This document shows positions 55,388 to 63,829 of a stretch of 64,000 bases of DNA, piece after piece. Origin of the DNA: Eubacteriales bacterium (GTDB taxonomy: Bacteria; Bacillota; Clostridia; Oscillospirales; UBA644); assembly GCA_045535665.1 (NCBI GenBank), contig JAZSMD010000067.1, positions 23,227 to 87,226 of the forward strand, given 5' to 3'. The notes beneath the pieces are model-generated. The model worked only from the letters and a program-made list of their open reading frames with translations. It had not been told where the DNA came from and did not search any database. The stretch's first letter is position 1. Every line of letters begins with the position of its first letter. Position numbers and translations under genes: made by a program.

Positions 55388-55441
55388 TGAAAAAGATACG
55401 AAAAATATTATACTTTTGGAATTCTTTATCATATAATATTT

Positions 55442-55479
55442 ATAGGTGGCTCATTTTATTATAAAAAGGAGCCACCTAT
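55442..55479 (-). terminator. terminator-like hairpin after the CE7 esterase operon
   Basis: An 11-bp stem ATAGGTGGCTC / GAGCCACCTAT encloses a 16-nt AT loop. It has no clean U-tract. Confidence 0.35.
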
Positions 55480-55525
55480 GCTATAAATTTTTATAGAGTT
55501 ATCTTTTTAAATAGCCAACAATATT

Positions 55526-57925
55526 TTAGTTTGCAGTATATTCGTATGTCAAGCAATAATCAGCCTGTAAGCCGTGAGTCATATTCTGAACCCATGTTAT
55601 GCTCTTTTGTGTAGGAATAACCTCATACAACATAGCAATACCTGCGGGACGGCATACGACATCGCCTAAACCTTCAACCAAATAAACAGGACATTTTATC
55701 ATAGATGCAAAGTTTGTAGTTTCATAATAAGCAAGAGGATCAAGATAGTCGGGGAAGGGGAAAATACTTGCACTTCTTACACTTGCCTGACCTGCCCAGT
55801 CACAGAATGCAGGAGCCCATGCAGAAATCTTTGTTGCATAATCACTAACCAAAGCACCTGTAACAACGCTCTGGAATCCACCCTGGCTTCCACCTTCAAG
55901 CTCAAGGTCAACACCATTCCAATATTCGCTTGTCATCATATAACGAACAGCCTGAACGTCTCTCATGATCATACCAAGGAAATAAACCGTTTCTCTGTCG
56001 GAGTTTTCTGTATTATTAAAACCGTACCAACTCAATTCTCCTGAAGATAAAGCGGAATAATACAATGAATCCTGACCGTTTTCAATACTGTGAGAGTTTA
56101 CGCCAAATGTAATATAACCGGGTTCTAACATTAAGCCTGCATCACCGACACCGTAACCCATAAAGCCCAATTTGATCTTCAATGATCCGGGTTCCGCGTT
56201 TTTGGGATATGCAACTTTACCTGTAACAGGTCCGTATTTTCCTGCATCTACTTTCACATAGTAGATATTATATTCTTCATTCTCTACAGTTACAGATTCA
56301 AGAAGCACAGGCTCGATCTGCTTCAGCTCATCCATTTTACCCTGCCAGTAAGCATCGAAATCATCGGGTTTAGCAGCAACAGCTTTAATATTTGAAACAT
56401 CTGCACCTGCCCCTCCCCACAAAGTCAGACAAGCTTTATCTTCTTTGCCATAGAAGCCAGCTGCTCTTGCTTCAATGTATACAAATCCGGGGACATTACA
56501 CTCTGTAATTACCTTAACTAAGCCTGCATTAAATGCAGCAAGTCCGTTAGCTGAAGATCCGTCATCAGATTCGATCTTCCATCTGAGCTTAGGAACAACT
56601 ATTTGTTCGCCATTAAAATAAGCTTTAACATCAAAAACCATATTTTCGCCTACAGCATATTCAACAGGACTCTTATCTGTAGAACAGTTAAGGTTGTAAG
56701 CAAGCATTGTATTGGGATCATATGCTGTAATCTTATCAACTTCAGTTTGGTCTTCTGCAGTTACTTCTCTGTTTGCAATCGCAAAACCAAATCCTGAAAC
56801 CTTTATTTTACCGAATTCAGCATTAGGTTCTACATCTACAGGCACAGACCAAATAAGTTTTGGGTTATCTCCGTTTGTATTATCACAAGCATAAATATTC
56901 AACAAAGAATCTTCATATTTGCAACGCAAAACAAGACCTTTAACCGTATTTACAACAGATACGGAGGAGGCCAATGTGATTTTATCCGTAACGTGATAAA
57001 GATACAATGAACCGTCATACTTATAAATAATATAGCTGTTTACAGCTTCTATATAAGAGGGTTGTTCAGCACCGAAATATACGCCGTCAAAATCAAAGGT
57101 ATTATCCATATCAATTTCAAGATCTATCACAGAACCGTCGGAGACTGTACCTACTGAGGTTCTTGAAACAGCATGATGATCCTCAGCTGTCTTTCTCTTC
57201 ATACGAGGCTCGGGGTCATCCACAACCTCAAATGCACAAACTATATTACCGAAATTTTTAAATTCCATAGATGCAATTTCTTCATCGGAAAATTCTTTTA
57301 CAATATTTCCCTGAGCATCCTTTATACGGATATTATCATAATAACAAACATAGGTACAACCTTGTGTCAAACCATTTGTACCGAAACGAAGTCCAACAAT
57401 ATCTCTGGAATCAACACCTGCATCGTAAAGCTTAATCTCTCTGTGATACCATTTATTAAATGCATAGTCACCCAAGTCACCGTCTGCAGTACTTATGGCA
57501 ATATTTGCATTATCGGTAATTGAGCTGTTATTATCAAGTGAAAGATGCATTCCGTCTCCATATTTCAACTCAAGATTACCTACACCGCAGATATCATCTG
57601 CAATGAGAACATCGTATTCAAATGTAGAGCCTGCGGGAACATTGAAGGCTTCAACAGCAAGTGAAAGAGCCTTGGAAAGTGTAGTTCCATTACTGGTAAT
57701 TGTATATTTCAAAACCTTTTCGGGAATTACATTTTCGGGAATTTCATCTTCGGGTTCATCATCTACAATATCCTCCGGATCATCCGCGGATGGATCATCA
57801 TCAGAAGGATCAACATTTTCAACAACATCCTTTGGGTCTTCTACCTCAACAGGATTGTCTGTACAAGCAACGATCATTGATGATACCATCAATAATGCAA
57901 GAATCAAGGAAAAAAACTTTTTCAT
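55526..57925 (-). CDS. exported lipoprotein with C-terminal CE7-type acetyl esterase (AXE1-like) domain, paralogue 3
   Basis: 799 aa with lipobox IVAC and an acidic linker. About 380 aa of beta-rich N-terminal modules are followed by PDDFDAYWQGKMDEL, FMGYGVGD and the nucleophile motif LEGGSQGGFQ, typical of CE7. Confidence 0.7.
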   Translation of the reverse strand: MKKFFSLILALLMVSSMIVACTDNPVEVEDPKDVVENVDPSDDDPSADDPEDIVDDEPEDEIPENVIPEKVLKYTITSNGTTLSKALSLAVEAFNVPAGSTFEYDVLIADDICGVGNLELKYGDGMHLSLDNNSSITDNANIAISTADGDLGDYAFNKWYHREIKLYDAGVDSRDIVGLRFGTNGLTQGCTYVCYYDNIRIKDAQGNIVKEFSDEEIASMEFKNFGNIVCAFEVVDDPEPRMKRKTAEDHHAVSRTSVGTVSDGSVIDLEIDMDNTFDFDGVYFGAEQPSYIEAVNSYIIYKYDGSLYLYHVTDKITLASSVSVVNTVKGLVLRCKYEDSLLNIYACDNTNGDNPKLIWSVPVDVEPNAEFGKIKVSGFGFAIANREVTAEDQTEVDKITAYDPNTMLAYNLNCSTDKSPVEYAVGENMVFDVKAYFNGEQIVVPKLRWKIESDDGSSANGLAAFNAGLVKVITECNVPGFVYIEARAAGFYGKEDKACLTLWGGAGADVSNIKAVAAKPDDFDAYWQGKMDELKQIEPVLLESVTVENEEYNIYYVKVDAGKYGPVTGKVAYPKNAEPGSLKIKLGFMGYGVGDAGLMLEPGYITFGVNSHSIENGQDSLYYSALSSGELSWYGFNNTENSDRETVYFLGMIMRDVQAVRYMMTSEYWNGVDLELEGGSQGGFQSVVTGALVSDYATKISAWAPAFCDWAGQASVRSASIFPFPDYLDPLAYYETTNFASMIKCPVYLVEGLGDVVCRPAGIAMLYEVIPTQKSITWVQNMTHGLQADYCLTYEYTAN

Positions 57926-57961
57926 TTAAATCAACCTTTCTTTGCTTTAATATTTATATAA

Positions 57962-60328
57962 TTATTCAGCAACATATGTAAATCTTTGGCAGTGACTTTG
58001 TTCTCCACCATGGCCCATACTTTGAACCCAAGTAATAGATTTCGGAGCCTTTTTTATAGAATTGTAAAGTGCTGCAACACCTGCAGGAGGACTGATAAGA
58101 TCTCCAAGTCCTGCATATATATCGGTGGGGCATTTTATCATAGAAGCAAAGTTTATAGAATCATAATACAAAAGAGCATCCGTATAAGCAGGGAACCAAC
58201 CTGACATTCTGCCTTCATTTCTACCGCCAAGGTCGCAAAGCCATGTAATCGAAGAATTTATCCTTGTAACAGACTCATTCATGAGGGCACCAACAGCTAT
58301 TGCCTGGAAACCGCCCTGACTTCCGCCCTCAACTTCTATATCAACACCGTTCCAATACTCACTTGTCATCAAATAACGTACAGCTTGAACATCTCGCATG
58401 AGCATTTGTAAGAAATAAACAGTCTCTCTATCTGCATTTTCATCATTTCTGAATCCATATTCGTTATACTCATGAGATGAAAGATCGTTATAATATTTCT
58501 GCTCACGTCCATTTTCGATACTGTGAGAGTTTACGCCAAATGTGATATATCCGGGTTCCAACATTAAAGGAGCATCACCAACACCGTAACCAAGGAAACT
58601 CAGCTTAATTTTTAAAGTTCCGGGGGCGGCATTTTTAGGAATAGCGATCTTTCCCGTAAGAGGACCATATTTTCCGGCTTCAATTTTAACAAATTGAACA
58701 TCATAGCCTTCCACTTCAGATTTTACACTTTCAAGAAGAACAGGTTCAATCTGCTTAATTTCATCAAGTTTACTTGCCCAAAAAGCCTCGAAATCTGCAG
58801 GCTTTTCCGAAACAGACTTAAGCTCAGAAACTCCGGCTCCTGCACCGCCTGTCAACAAAGTGCTGTTTTCATATTCATTTTTCGCATTATTTGCAGCATA
58901 TACATATACGTAAACAAATCCGGGATTATTCACTGCAGAAATAACCTTCAATGAACCTGCATCACCTCTTGAAGCCCCTTCTGTAAACAAACCGTCATCA
59001 TTTTGAACTTCCCACATAAGATAAGAACATGAAACAGCAGAACCATCACTGTAAGAAGCCACATCAAAAAGCATCGCTTCGCCTACAGCATATTCAACAG
59101 GGTTTTTATCCGTAGTACAGCTTACATAAATATTTCCCATTGTCGCAGGATCATAGACAGAAAGCTGAACCTCGTCAATTACAGAAATCTCATTGGTAGA
59201 AACTATATATCCAAAGCCTTGAACAGTCAACTTACCGAAATCGTCTCCGACTTTAGCGCCGGTGGCAACAGACCACACTAAAGTTTCGGTTCCCGTACTG
59301 TTTACAATATAAGCCTCAAGAACAGATTCCTTTATTCTCCAATTAAGGACAAGATCCTCAATAGTATTTACTACCGGAATAGAAGACACAAGCTCAAGCT
59401 TATCTGTTACGTGATATAAATATAAAGAGCCACGCTCATTATAAACGATATACCCTTCCACGCCTTCGAGATATGATTCATTATCATTTCCTATATATAC
59501 GCCATGCATCTCAAAAGTATTTTCTGTATCAAGAACAGTTTCAACAACAGTATTATCTGAAACAGAACCTACAGGAGTCTTTATGACCAAATGTGAATCT
59601 TCAGCTGTAAGTCTTTTTAATGTTGGATAAGGATCGTCCACAACCTCAAAGGAGCAGGTGATCGTTCCTGAATTCTTAACTCCCTTAGAAACAATTTCAT
59701 CCTCGGTAATTTCTTTTATAACATTGCCGGAAGAATCCTTTATACAAATATTATCGTAATAGCATACATAAGTACAACCTTCGACCAATCCCGAAGATCC
59801 AATTCGAATACGACTGACTCGTCTTATATCATTTTCACCCTCAGGAAGGTCTATAATTCTACGATACCATTTTCCATATGCGTAATCAGAAATATCTCCA
59901 GCATCAGTTCCTACAGAAATATTTGCATTATCACACACCGAATTGTTGTTTTCCATTGAAAGGAAAGTACCATCATCATATTTCAATTCAAAATTACCCA
60001 TACCGCAAATCTCATTTTCAATGAATACATCATATTCCAATGTAGATCCTGCAGGGATTTCAAAGGCTTCCACTGAAAATGGAATCATTTTACCTGTATT
60101 AGAGCCGCTGCTTGAAACAGTAAATTTTAAAACCTTTTCTGGAATTATGACCTCGGAAATTTCCTCTTCTGGTTCATCCTCTGAGATTTCGTCAGAGTTA
60201 TCCTCAGAAGGATCAACCTTTTCAACAACATCCTTTGGATCTTCCACATCAACAGGATTGTCTGTACAAGCTACAATTGTAGAAGATACCATCAACAACG
60301 CAATAATCAAAGATAAAAACCTTTTCAT
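57962..60328 (-). CDS. exported lipoprotein with C-terminal CE7-type acetyl esterase (AXE1-like) domain, paralogue 2
   Basis: 788 aa with lipobox IVAC and the same architecture. It has PADFEAFWASKLDEI, FLGYGVGD and VEGGSQGGFQ. Its ATG overlaps the stop of the upstream gene (ATGA). Confidence 0.7.
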   Translation of the reverse strand: MKRFLSLIIALLMVSSTIVACTDNPVDVEDPKDVVEKVDPSEDNSDEISEDEPEEEISEVIIPEKVLKFTVSSSGSNTGKMIPFSVEAFEIPAGSTLEYDVFIENEICGMGNFELKYDDGTFLSMENNNSVCDNANISVGTDAGDISDYAYGKWYRRIIDLPEGENDIRRVSRIRIGSSGLVEGCTYVCYYDNICIKDSSGNVIKEITEDEIVSKGVKNSGTITCSFEVVDDPYPTLKRLTAEDSHLVIKTPVGSVSDNTVVETVLDTENTFEMHGVYIGNDNESYLEGVEGYIVYNERGSLYLYHVTDKLELVSSIPVVNTIEDLVLNWRIKESVLEAYIVNSTGTETLVWSVATGAKVGDDFGKLTVQGFGYIVSTNEISVIDEVQLSVYDPATMGNIYVSCTTDKNPVEYAVGEAMLFDVASYSDGSAVSCSYLMWEVQNDDGLFTEGASRGDAGSLKVISAVNNPGFVYVYVYAANNAKNEYENSTLLTGGAGAGVSELKSVSEKPADFEAFWASKLDEIKQIEPVLLESVKSEVEGYDVQFVKIEAGKYGPLTGKIAIPKNAAPGTLKIKLSFLGYGVGDAPLMLEPGYITFGVNSHSIENGREQKYYNDLSSHEYNEYGFRNDENADRETVYFLQMLMRDVQAVRYLMTSEYWNGVDIEVEGGSQGGFQAIAVGALMNESVTRINSSITWLCDLGGRNEGRMSGWFPAYTDALLYYDSINFASMIKCPTDIYAGLGDLISPPAGVAALYNSIKKAPKSITWVQSMGHGGEQSHCQRFTYVAE

Positions 60329-61572
60329 TTTAATTCAACCTTCTTTACATAAAAATCGACTGTTCTTTCGCTGACAGAAATATCCTTAGGCTTAGTTCCA
60401 TGGTCTCTATTCTGAACTATCCTGAAACGGCGAGGACATTTCAACTGATTATACATTACACTTACAAAACAAACCGGACAAACATAGTCCCCTGTACCCG
60501 TTTCAATATCAATGGGACATTTTATTCTACGGGCAAAATTTATTGAGTTAAAATAATCCAAAGCTTGTTCATATTTAGGTCCCGGACCTGCCATTCTTCC
60601 AAACTCAATACCACCGATATCACACATCCAAGGGACTTCAGCTATCGCAGAAGTTACATAGTCACGCATAAGAGACGTTACTGCAATACATTGGAAACCA
60701 CCCTGACTCATACCGAAAACATCTATATCCTTACCGTTCCAGTAATCGCTCTTCATTATGAATTTAACAGCCTGAACGTCACGCATTATCATCTGGAGGA
60801 AGTATGCTTTTTCTCTATTGTTATTACGTTCGTCTTCCAAACCGTATTTTTTGTAAACATTATTAAGAAGATCGTCGTAATATTCGCGAGGCATATTATT
60901 CTCTATGGCATGAGCATTTACGCTGAACGTAATATAATCCGGATGTCCCCACCAGTTTGCAGTACCGACACCGTAACCCATATAGACCATTTTAATTTTC
61001 ATTTTACCTTTTTCCGCAGTCTTCGGAACGATTATGTAGCCCGTAGTGGGTCCCCACTCTCCTGCTTCAACTTTTACGGAATATGTGTCGTAATCGCCCC
61101 TTTCAGGCATATCTTCCTTTTTATATTCAAGAAGAACAGGCTCAATCTCAGAAAGCTTTGCCATTTTTTCAGCCCAGAAAGAATCAAAATCATCAGGCTC
61201 TTCCACTGCAGGCTTAAGAGAATCAAACCCTGCACAAGCACCACCGTCAAAACGGTAAACTTCAGGGATTCCATTTCCGTTTTCATCTACGGCATTTACA
61301 ATAACTCGAACATATCCGGGTTTATCTATTGATGTTTTTAGCTGCAATTTTCCGCTTTTGCCATCGGAAATTCCACTGTATTTCTCATGAAAATCCCTCT
61401 CAACAGACCAACTGAATTGAGGAACACCGACAATTTCATCCCCCGACTTTACGGTAAAATCAAAGATCATATCTTCGCCAATGGAATATCCGATCATATC
61501 CCTGTCGGTAACGCCTGCGATCCTTGCTTTTTCCATATTTAAAGGGTCAAACATTTTCACATTAAAATTCAT
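60325..61572 (-). CDS. cytoplasmic CE7-type acetyl esterase (AXE1-like), paralogue 1
   Basis: 415 aa with no signal peptide. It has PDDFDSFWAEKMAKL, YMGYGVGT and FGMSQGGFQ. A ~110-aa Ig-like leader is shared with the two lipoprotein paralogues. Confidence 0.75.
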   Translation of the reverse strand: MNFNVKMFDPLNMEKARIAGVTDRDMIGYSIGEDMIFDFTVKSGDEIVGVPQFSWSVERDFHEKYSGISDGKSGKLQLKTSIDKPGYVRVIVNAVDENGNGIPEVYRFDGGACAGFDSLKPAVEEPDDFDSFWAEKMAKLSEIEPVLLEYKKEDMPERGDYDTYSVKVEAGEWGPTTGYIIVPKTAEKGKMKIKMVYMGYGVGTANWWGHPDYITFSVNAHAIENNMPREYYDDLLNNVYKKYGLEDERNNNREKAYFLQMIMRDVQAVKFIMKSDYWNGKDIDVFGMSQGGFQCIAVTSLMRDYVTSAIAEVPWMCDIGGIEFGRMAGPGPKYEQALDYFNSINFARRIKCPIDIETGTGDYVCPVCFVSVMYNQLKCPRRFRIVQNRDHGTKPKDISVSERTVDFYVKKVELK

Positions 61573-61791
61573 TATAAAAGCTTCTTTCTATTTTTAAATC
61601 ATCCATGAGATTTTTAATATTCCGTATAAATATCCGCGGAAAACTTCTTTCTAATAGTTACGCTATACTGAACTCTCTAATTTATATCAGTAGGATGAAT
61701 TCATTATACTATAAAACTAAAAACAGGTCAATACCCTTATATTAATAAAATCAAATTTGCTACAATTTTCACAGAAATAACATTATATAGG

Positions 61792-61827
61792 CAAAAACAG
61801 CTCAACGAAAATCTTCGCAGAGCTGTT
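61792..61827 (-). terminator. intrinsic terminator after the Gfo/Idh/MocA gene
   Basis: The minus-strand stem ACAGCTC / GAGCTGT is followed by TTTTTGC. Confidence 0.6.
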
Positions 61828-61834
61828 AATTTTA

Positions 61835-63100
61835 TCAGTTATTTGATTTAAAGTCCTGTTCTTCACGAACACTGAGAGGAATAACGTCCTCAGGTTTACG
61901 AAGAAGCCATTTGCCGTTTGTAAAGTCAGGAATCTGCTGAACAGCGCCACCTTCGGCAATAGATCTTTCGGAAAGACACGAAATACACATCCACGCTGCA
62001 GCATCATATGCATCTATGGGCATAGGTCTACCCTCTTTATATGCTTTTACGAATTCACGGAGAATGATTCCGTCCATACCGCCATGTCCAGCTTCTTTTT
62101 CCTCTTCGGTAATATTATACCAAACATCGGGCTGATATTTATCAATATAAGAATCTATACATTTATCAACTGCATGACCACCGTTGGGGCCACCTTCGTA
62201 AACATTATTGGAAATCATATCGTAGCCCGCACGGGTACCTCTTACTGTAAATTCGCGATTGTATCCTCTGGGAAGAGTTGTGTCAAGACGAAGGGTTATA
62301 GTTTCACCGTTTGCACATGTAATTATTGTTGTTACGATATCCCCCTGAGCAAATTTAGCATCTTTAAGTGTGGGATCTTTTTCATAAAGCTTTGTATCCT
62401 TGATATATTCTTCAAGACCGCACGATTTGGAAGCAACGGAAACAAGAGATACAAATTTATTACCCCTGTTAATATTGAGGATCTTTGCAATGGGACCGAG
62501 CTCATGAGTTGGATAGTTTTCGCAATTACGGTTAAGATAGTTTCTGAGACGGTAATGACGATCGATATTTCCCTGAGAAATTTCACCTCTGAGATCATGA
62601 GCATACGCACCTGCACAATGAACTACAGTACCGAAAACTCCTGCTCTTACCATATTTGTTACTATAAGCTCACGGTTGTCATAACAGCAGTTTTCCAAAA
62701 GCATACAGGGAACCCCCGTTTTTTCATAGGTTTTTACAAGCTCCCAGCACTCGTCTATACTGTAAGAACCGCCGACTTCAAAACCTGCAACAACGCCTGA
62801 ACGCATTGCTTCTATAGCAATTTCGAGGTGGGTCTCCCAAGCGGTTGCAATATAAACGATATCAACAAGCCCTGAGTGAAGAAGCTCTTTGTAATCAGTT
62901 GTGCAAAGAGGTCTCTTTCCGTATTTTTCCTCAACAGCATCAGCGGATCTTTCTGCTCTGTCCGCATAAGCATCGCAAACTGCAGTAACTTCAACATCTT
63001 TGATTGTAAAAATGTTACCGCACATTATGCCGTGACCTCTGCCACCTAGACCGATAACACCAAATCTTATTTTTTCCATTTTATCATAACCCCGATTCAT
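61835..63100 (-). CDS. Gfo/Idh/MocA family NAD-dependent oxidoreductase (possibly GH109-like glycosidase)
   Basis: It has the Rossmann motif IRFGVIGLGGRGHG and a later GHGGMDG motif. The alternative start MEKIRFGV at 63079 is equally plausible. Neither ATG has a strong RBS. Confidence 0.75.
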   Translation of the reverse strand: MNRGYDKMEKIRFGVIGLGGRGHGIMCGNIFTIKDVEVTAVCDAYADRAERSADAVEEKYGKRPLCTTDYKELLHSGLVDIVYIATAWETHLEIAIEAMRSGVVAGFEVGGSYSIDECWELVKTYEKTGVPCMLLENCCYDNRELIVTNMVRAGVFGTVVHCAGAYAHDLRGEISQGNIDRHYRLRNYLNRNCENYPTHELGPIAKILNINRGNKFVSLVSVASKSCGLEEYIKDTKLYEKDPTLKDAKFAQGDIVTTIITCANGETITLRLDTTLPRGYNREFTVRGTRAGYDMISNNVYEGGPNGGHAVDKCIDSYIDKYQPDVWYNITEEEKEAGHGGMDGIILREFVKAYKEGRPMPIDAYDAAAWMCISCLSERSIAEGGAVQQIPDFTNGKWLLRKPEDVIPLSVREEQDFKSNN

Positions 63101-63141
63101 AAAATCAATTTACAATGAATATTCACCTCATATTCATCTGA

Positions 63142-63170
63142 ATTATACTACAAAAAGAAAAAAAAGTCAA
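63142..63170 (-). promoter_or_regulatory. sigma-A promoter of the oxidoreductase gene
   Basis: The minus strand reads TTGACT, a 17-nt spacer, then TATAAT. Confidence 0.55.
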
Positions 63171-63260
63171 TAGTCAAAGATTAAATGCAACAGTAAGTTG
63201 CGAAAATTAAAAACCAAACTAAATGTCGTTTTTATTTCACATTTACAAGCTGAAATAGAC

Positions 63261-63289
63261 TTGCAAAATCTCCGAATTTGTGGTATAAT
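63261..63289 (+). promoter_or_regulatory. sigma-A promoter of tRNA-Ser
   Basis: TTGCAA, a 17-nt spacer ending TGG, then TATAAT. It lies 45 nt upstream of the mature tRNA 5' end. Confidence 0.65.
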
Positions 63290-63333
63290 ATCTAAGCTGT
63301 TACAATAGTAACGCCCAATTCACCATTATATAC

Positions 63334-63424
63334 GGAGAAGTACTCAAGCTGGTGAAGAGGCGCCCCTGCTAAGGGTGTAGGTCGGGAAACCGGCGCAGGA
63401 GTTCGAATCTCCTCTTCTCCGCCA
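63334..63424 (+). tRNA. tRNA-Ser (anticodon GCU), CCA encoded
   Basis: It folds by hand as follows: acceptor GGAGAAG/CUUCUCC; 3-bp D stem CUC/GAG; anticodon stem CGCCC/GGGUG with loop CUGCUAA; long variable arm GUCGG..CCGGC; T arm AGGAG-UUCGAAU-CUCCU; discriminator G followed by CCA. Confidence 0.93.
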
Positions 63425-63446
63425 AACAAAGAAGTCATCCATACGG
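63409..63446 (+). repeat. 38-bp direct repeat, copy 1 (last 16 nt of tRNA-Ser plus 22 nt downstream)
   Basis: CTCCTCTTCTCCGCCAAACAAAGAAGTCATCCATACGG recurs at 63605-63642 with 2 mismatches. Confidence 0.85.
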
Positions 63447-63457
63447 ATGGCTTTTTT
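63434..63457 (+). terminator. intrinsic terminator after tRNA-Ser
   Basis: The stem GTCATCC / GGATGGC (one G-U pair), with loop ATAC, is followed by TTTTTT. Confidence 0.65.
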
Positions 63458-63604
63458 GTTTGGTGAAAAATAGGAGTAAGCAGATAATCCCTTGAGTTCG
63501 GCGTAGTGGGCGGAAACAACAAGTTTCCGAGCCGCGGAGTCTCGAGCAGCGCAGTTTTTTCGGGCACCGCATCAGCGGTCGAAAAAATCAGCGGCGCAGA
63601 GTAC

Positions 63605-63642
63605 CTCCTCTTCTCCGCCAAACAAAAAAGTCATCCATAAGG
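63605..63642 (+). repeat. 38-bp direct repeat, copy 2 (tRNA-Ser 3' end remnant, candidate att site)
   Basis: CTCCTCTTCTCCGCCAAACAAAAAAGTCATCCATAAGG matches copy 1 at 36 of 38 positions. Identity stops in the loop of the tRNA terminator hairpin. Confidence 0.8.
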
Positions 63643-63684
63643 CTGTACCCTAAAGGACAGATCTATCTACCGCCAGAAAAGCCA

Positions 63685-63715
63685 GAAACCTCAGATTGAT
63701 TTTCTGAGGTTTTTG
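63685..63715 (+). terminator. intrinsic terminator with no annotated upstream gene
   Basis: The stem AAACCTCAG / CTGAGGTTT is followed by TTTG. It lies 45 nt after repeat copy 2. Confidence 0.55.
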
Positions 63716-63779
63716 TGATATAATAGAGAATAAGAATTTGACACTATCACGTTAAAATATGGGGTGGCTTAACAGTCCA

Positions 63780-63808
63780 TTGACAGAAAACACATAGTCT
63801 TGTATAAT
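63780..63808 (+). promoter_or_regulatory. sigma-A promoter of the XRE-family gene
   Basis: TTGACA, a 17-nt spacer, then TATAAT. GGGAGGAGG lies 9 nt before the ATG. Confidence 0.6.
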
Positions 63809-63829
63809 AATGGGAGGAGGTGGTCAAAC

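Noticed and set aside
60565-61332. 255-aa plus-strand ORF (and 62084..62800, 238 aa) antisense to the CE7 and oxidoreductase genes
   Set aside because: These ORFs sit fully inside strongly supported minus-strand genes. Their translations are Phe/Ile/Cys/Asn-rich with no motifs or translation signals.
63165-63178. AGTCAATAGTCAAA, which resembles two CtsR heptads
   Set aside because: The heptads abut without the required 3-nt spacer. On the minus strand the same bases form the TTGACT -35 hexamer of a well-spaced promoter for the oxidoreductase gene.
63292-63621. 109-aa minus-strand ORF
   Set aside because: It is antisense to tRNA-Ser and to the GC-rich structured segment. The open frame is explained by the GC-rich RNA-like sequence.
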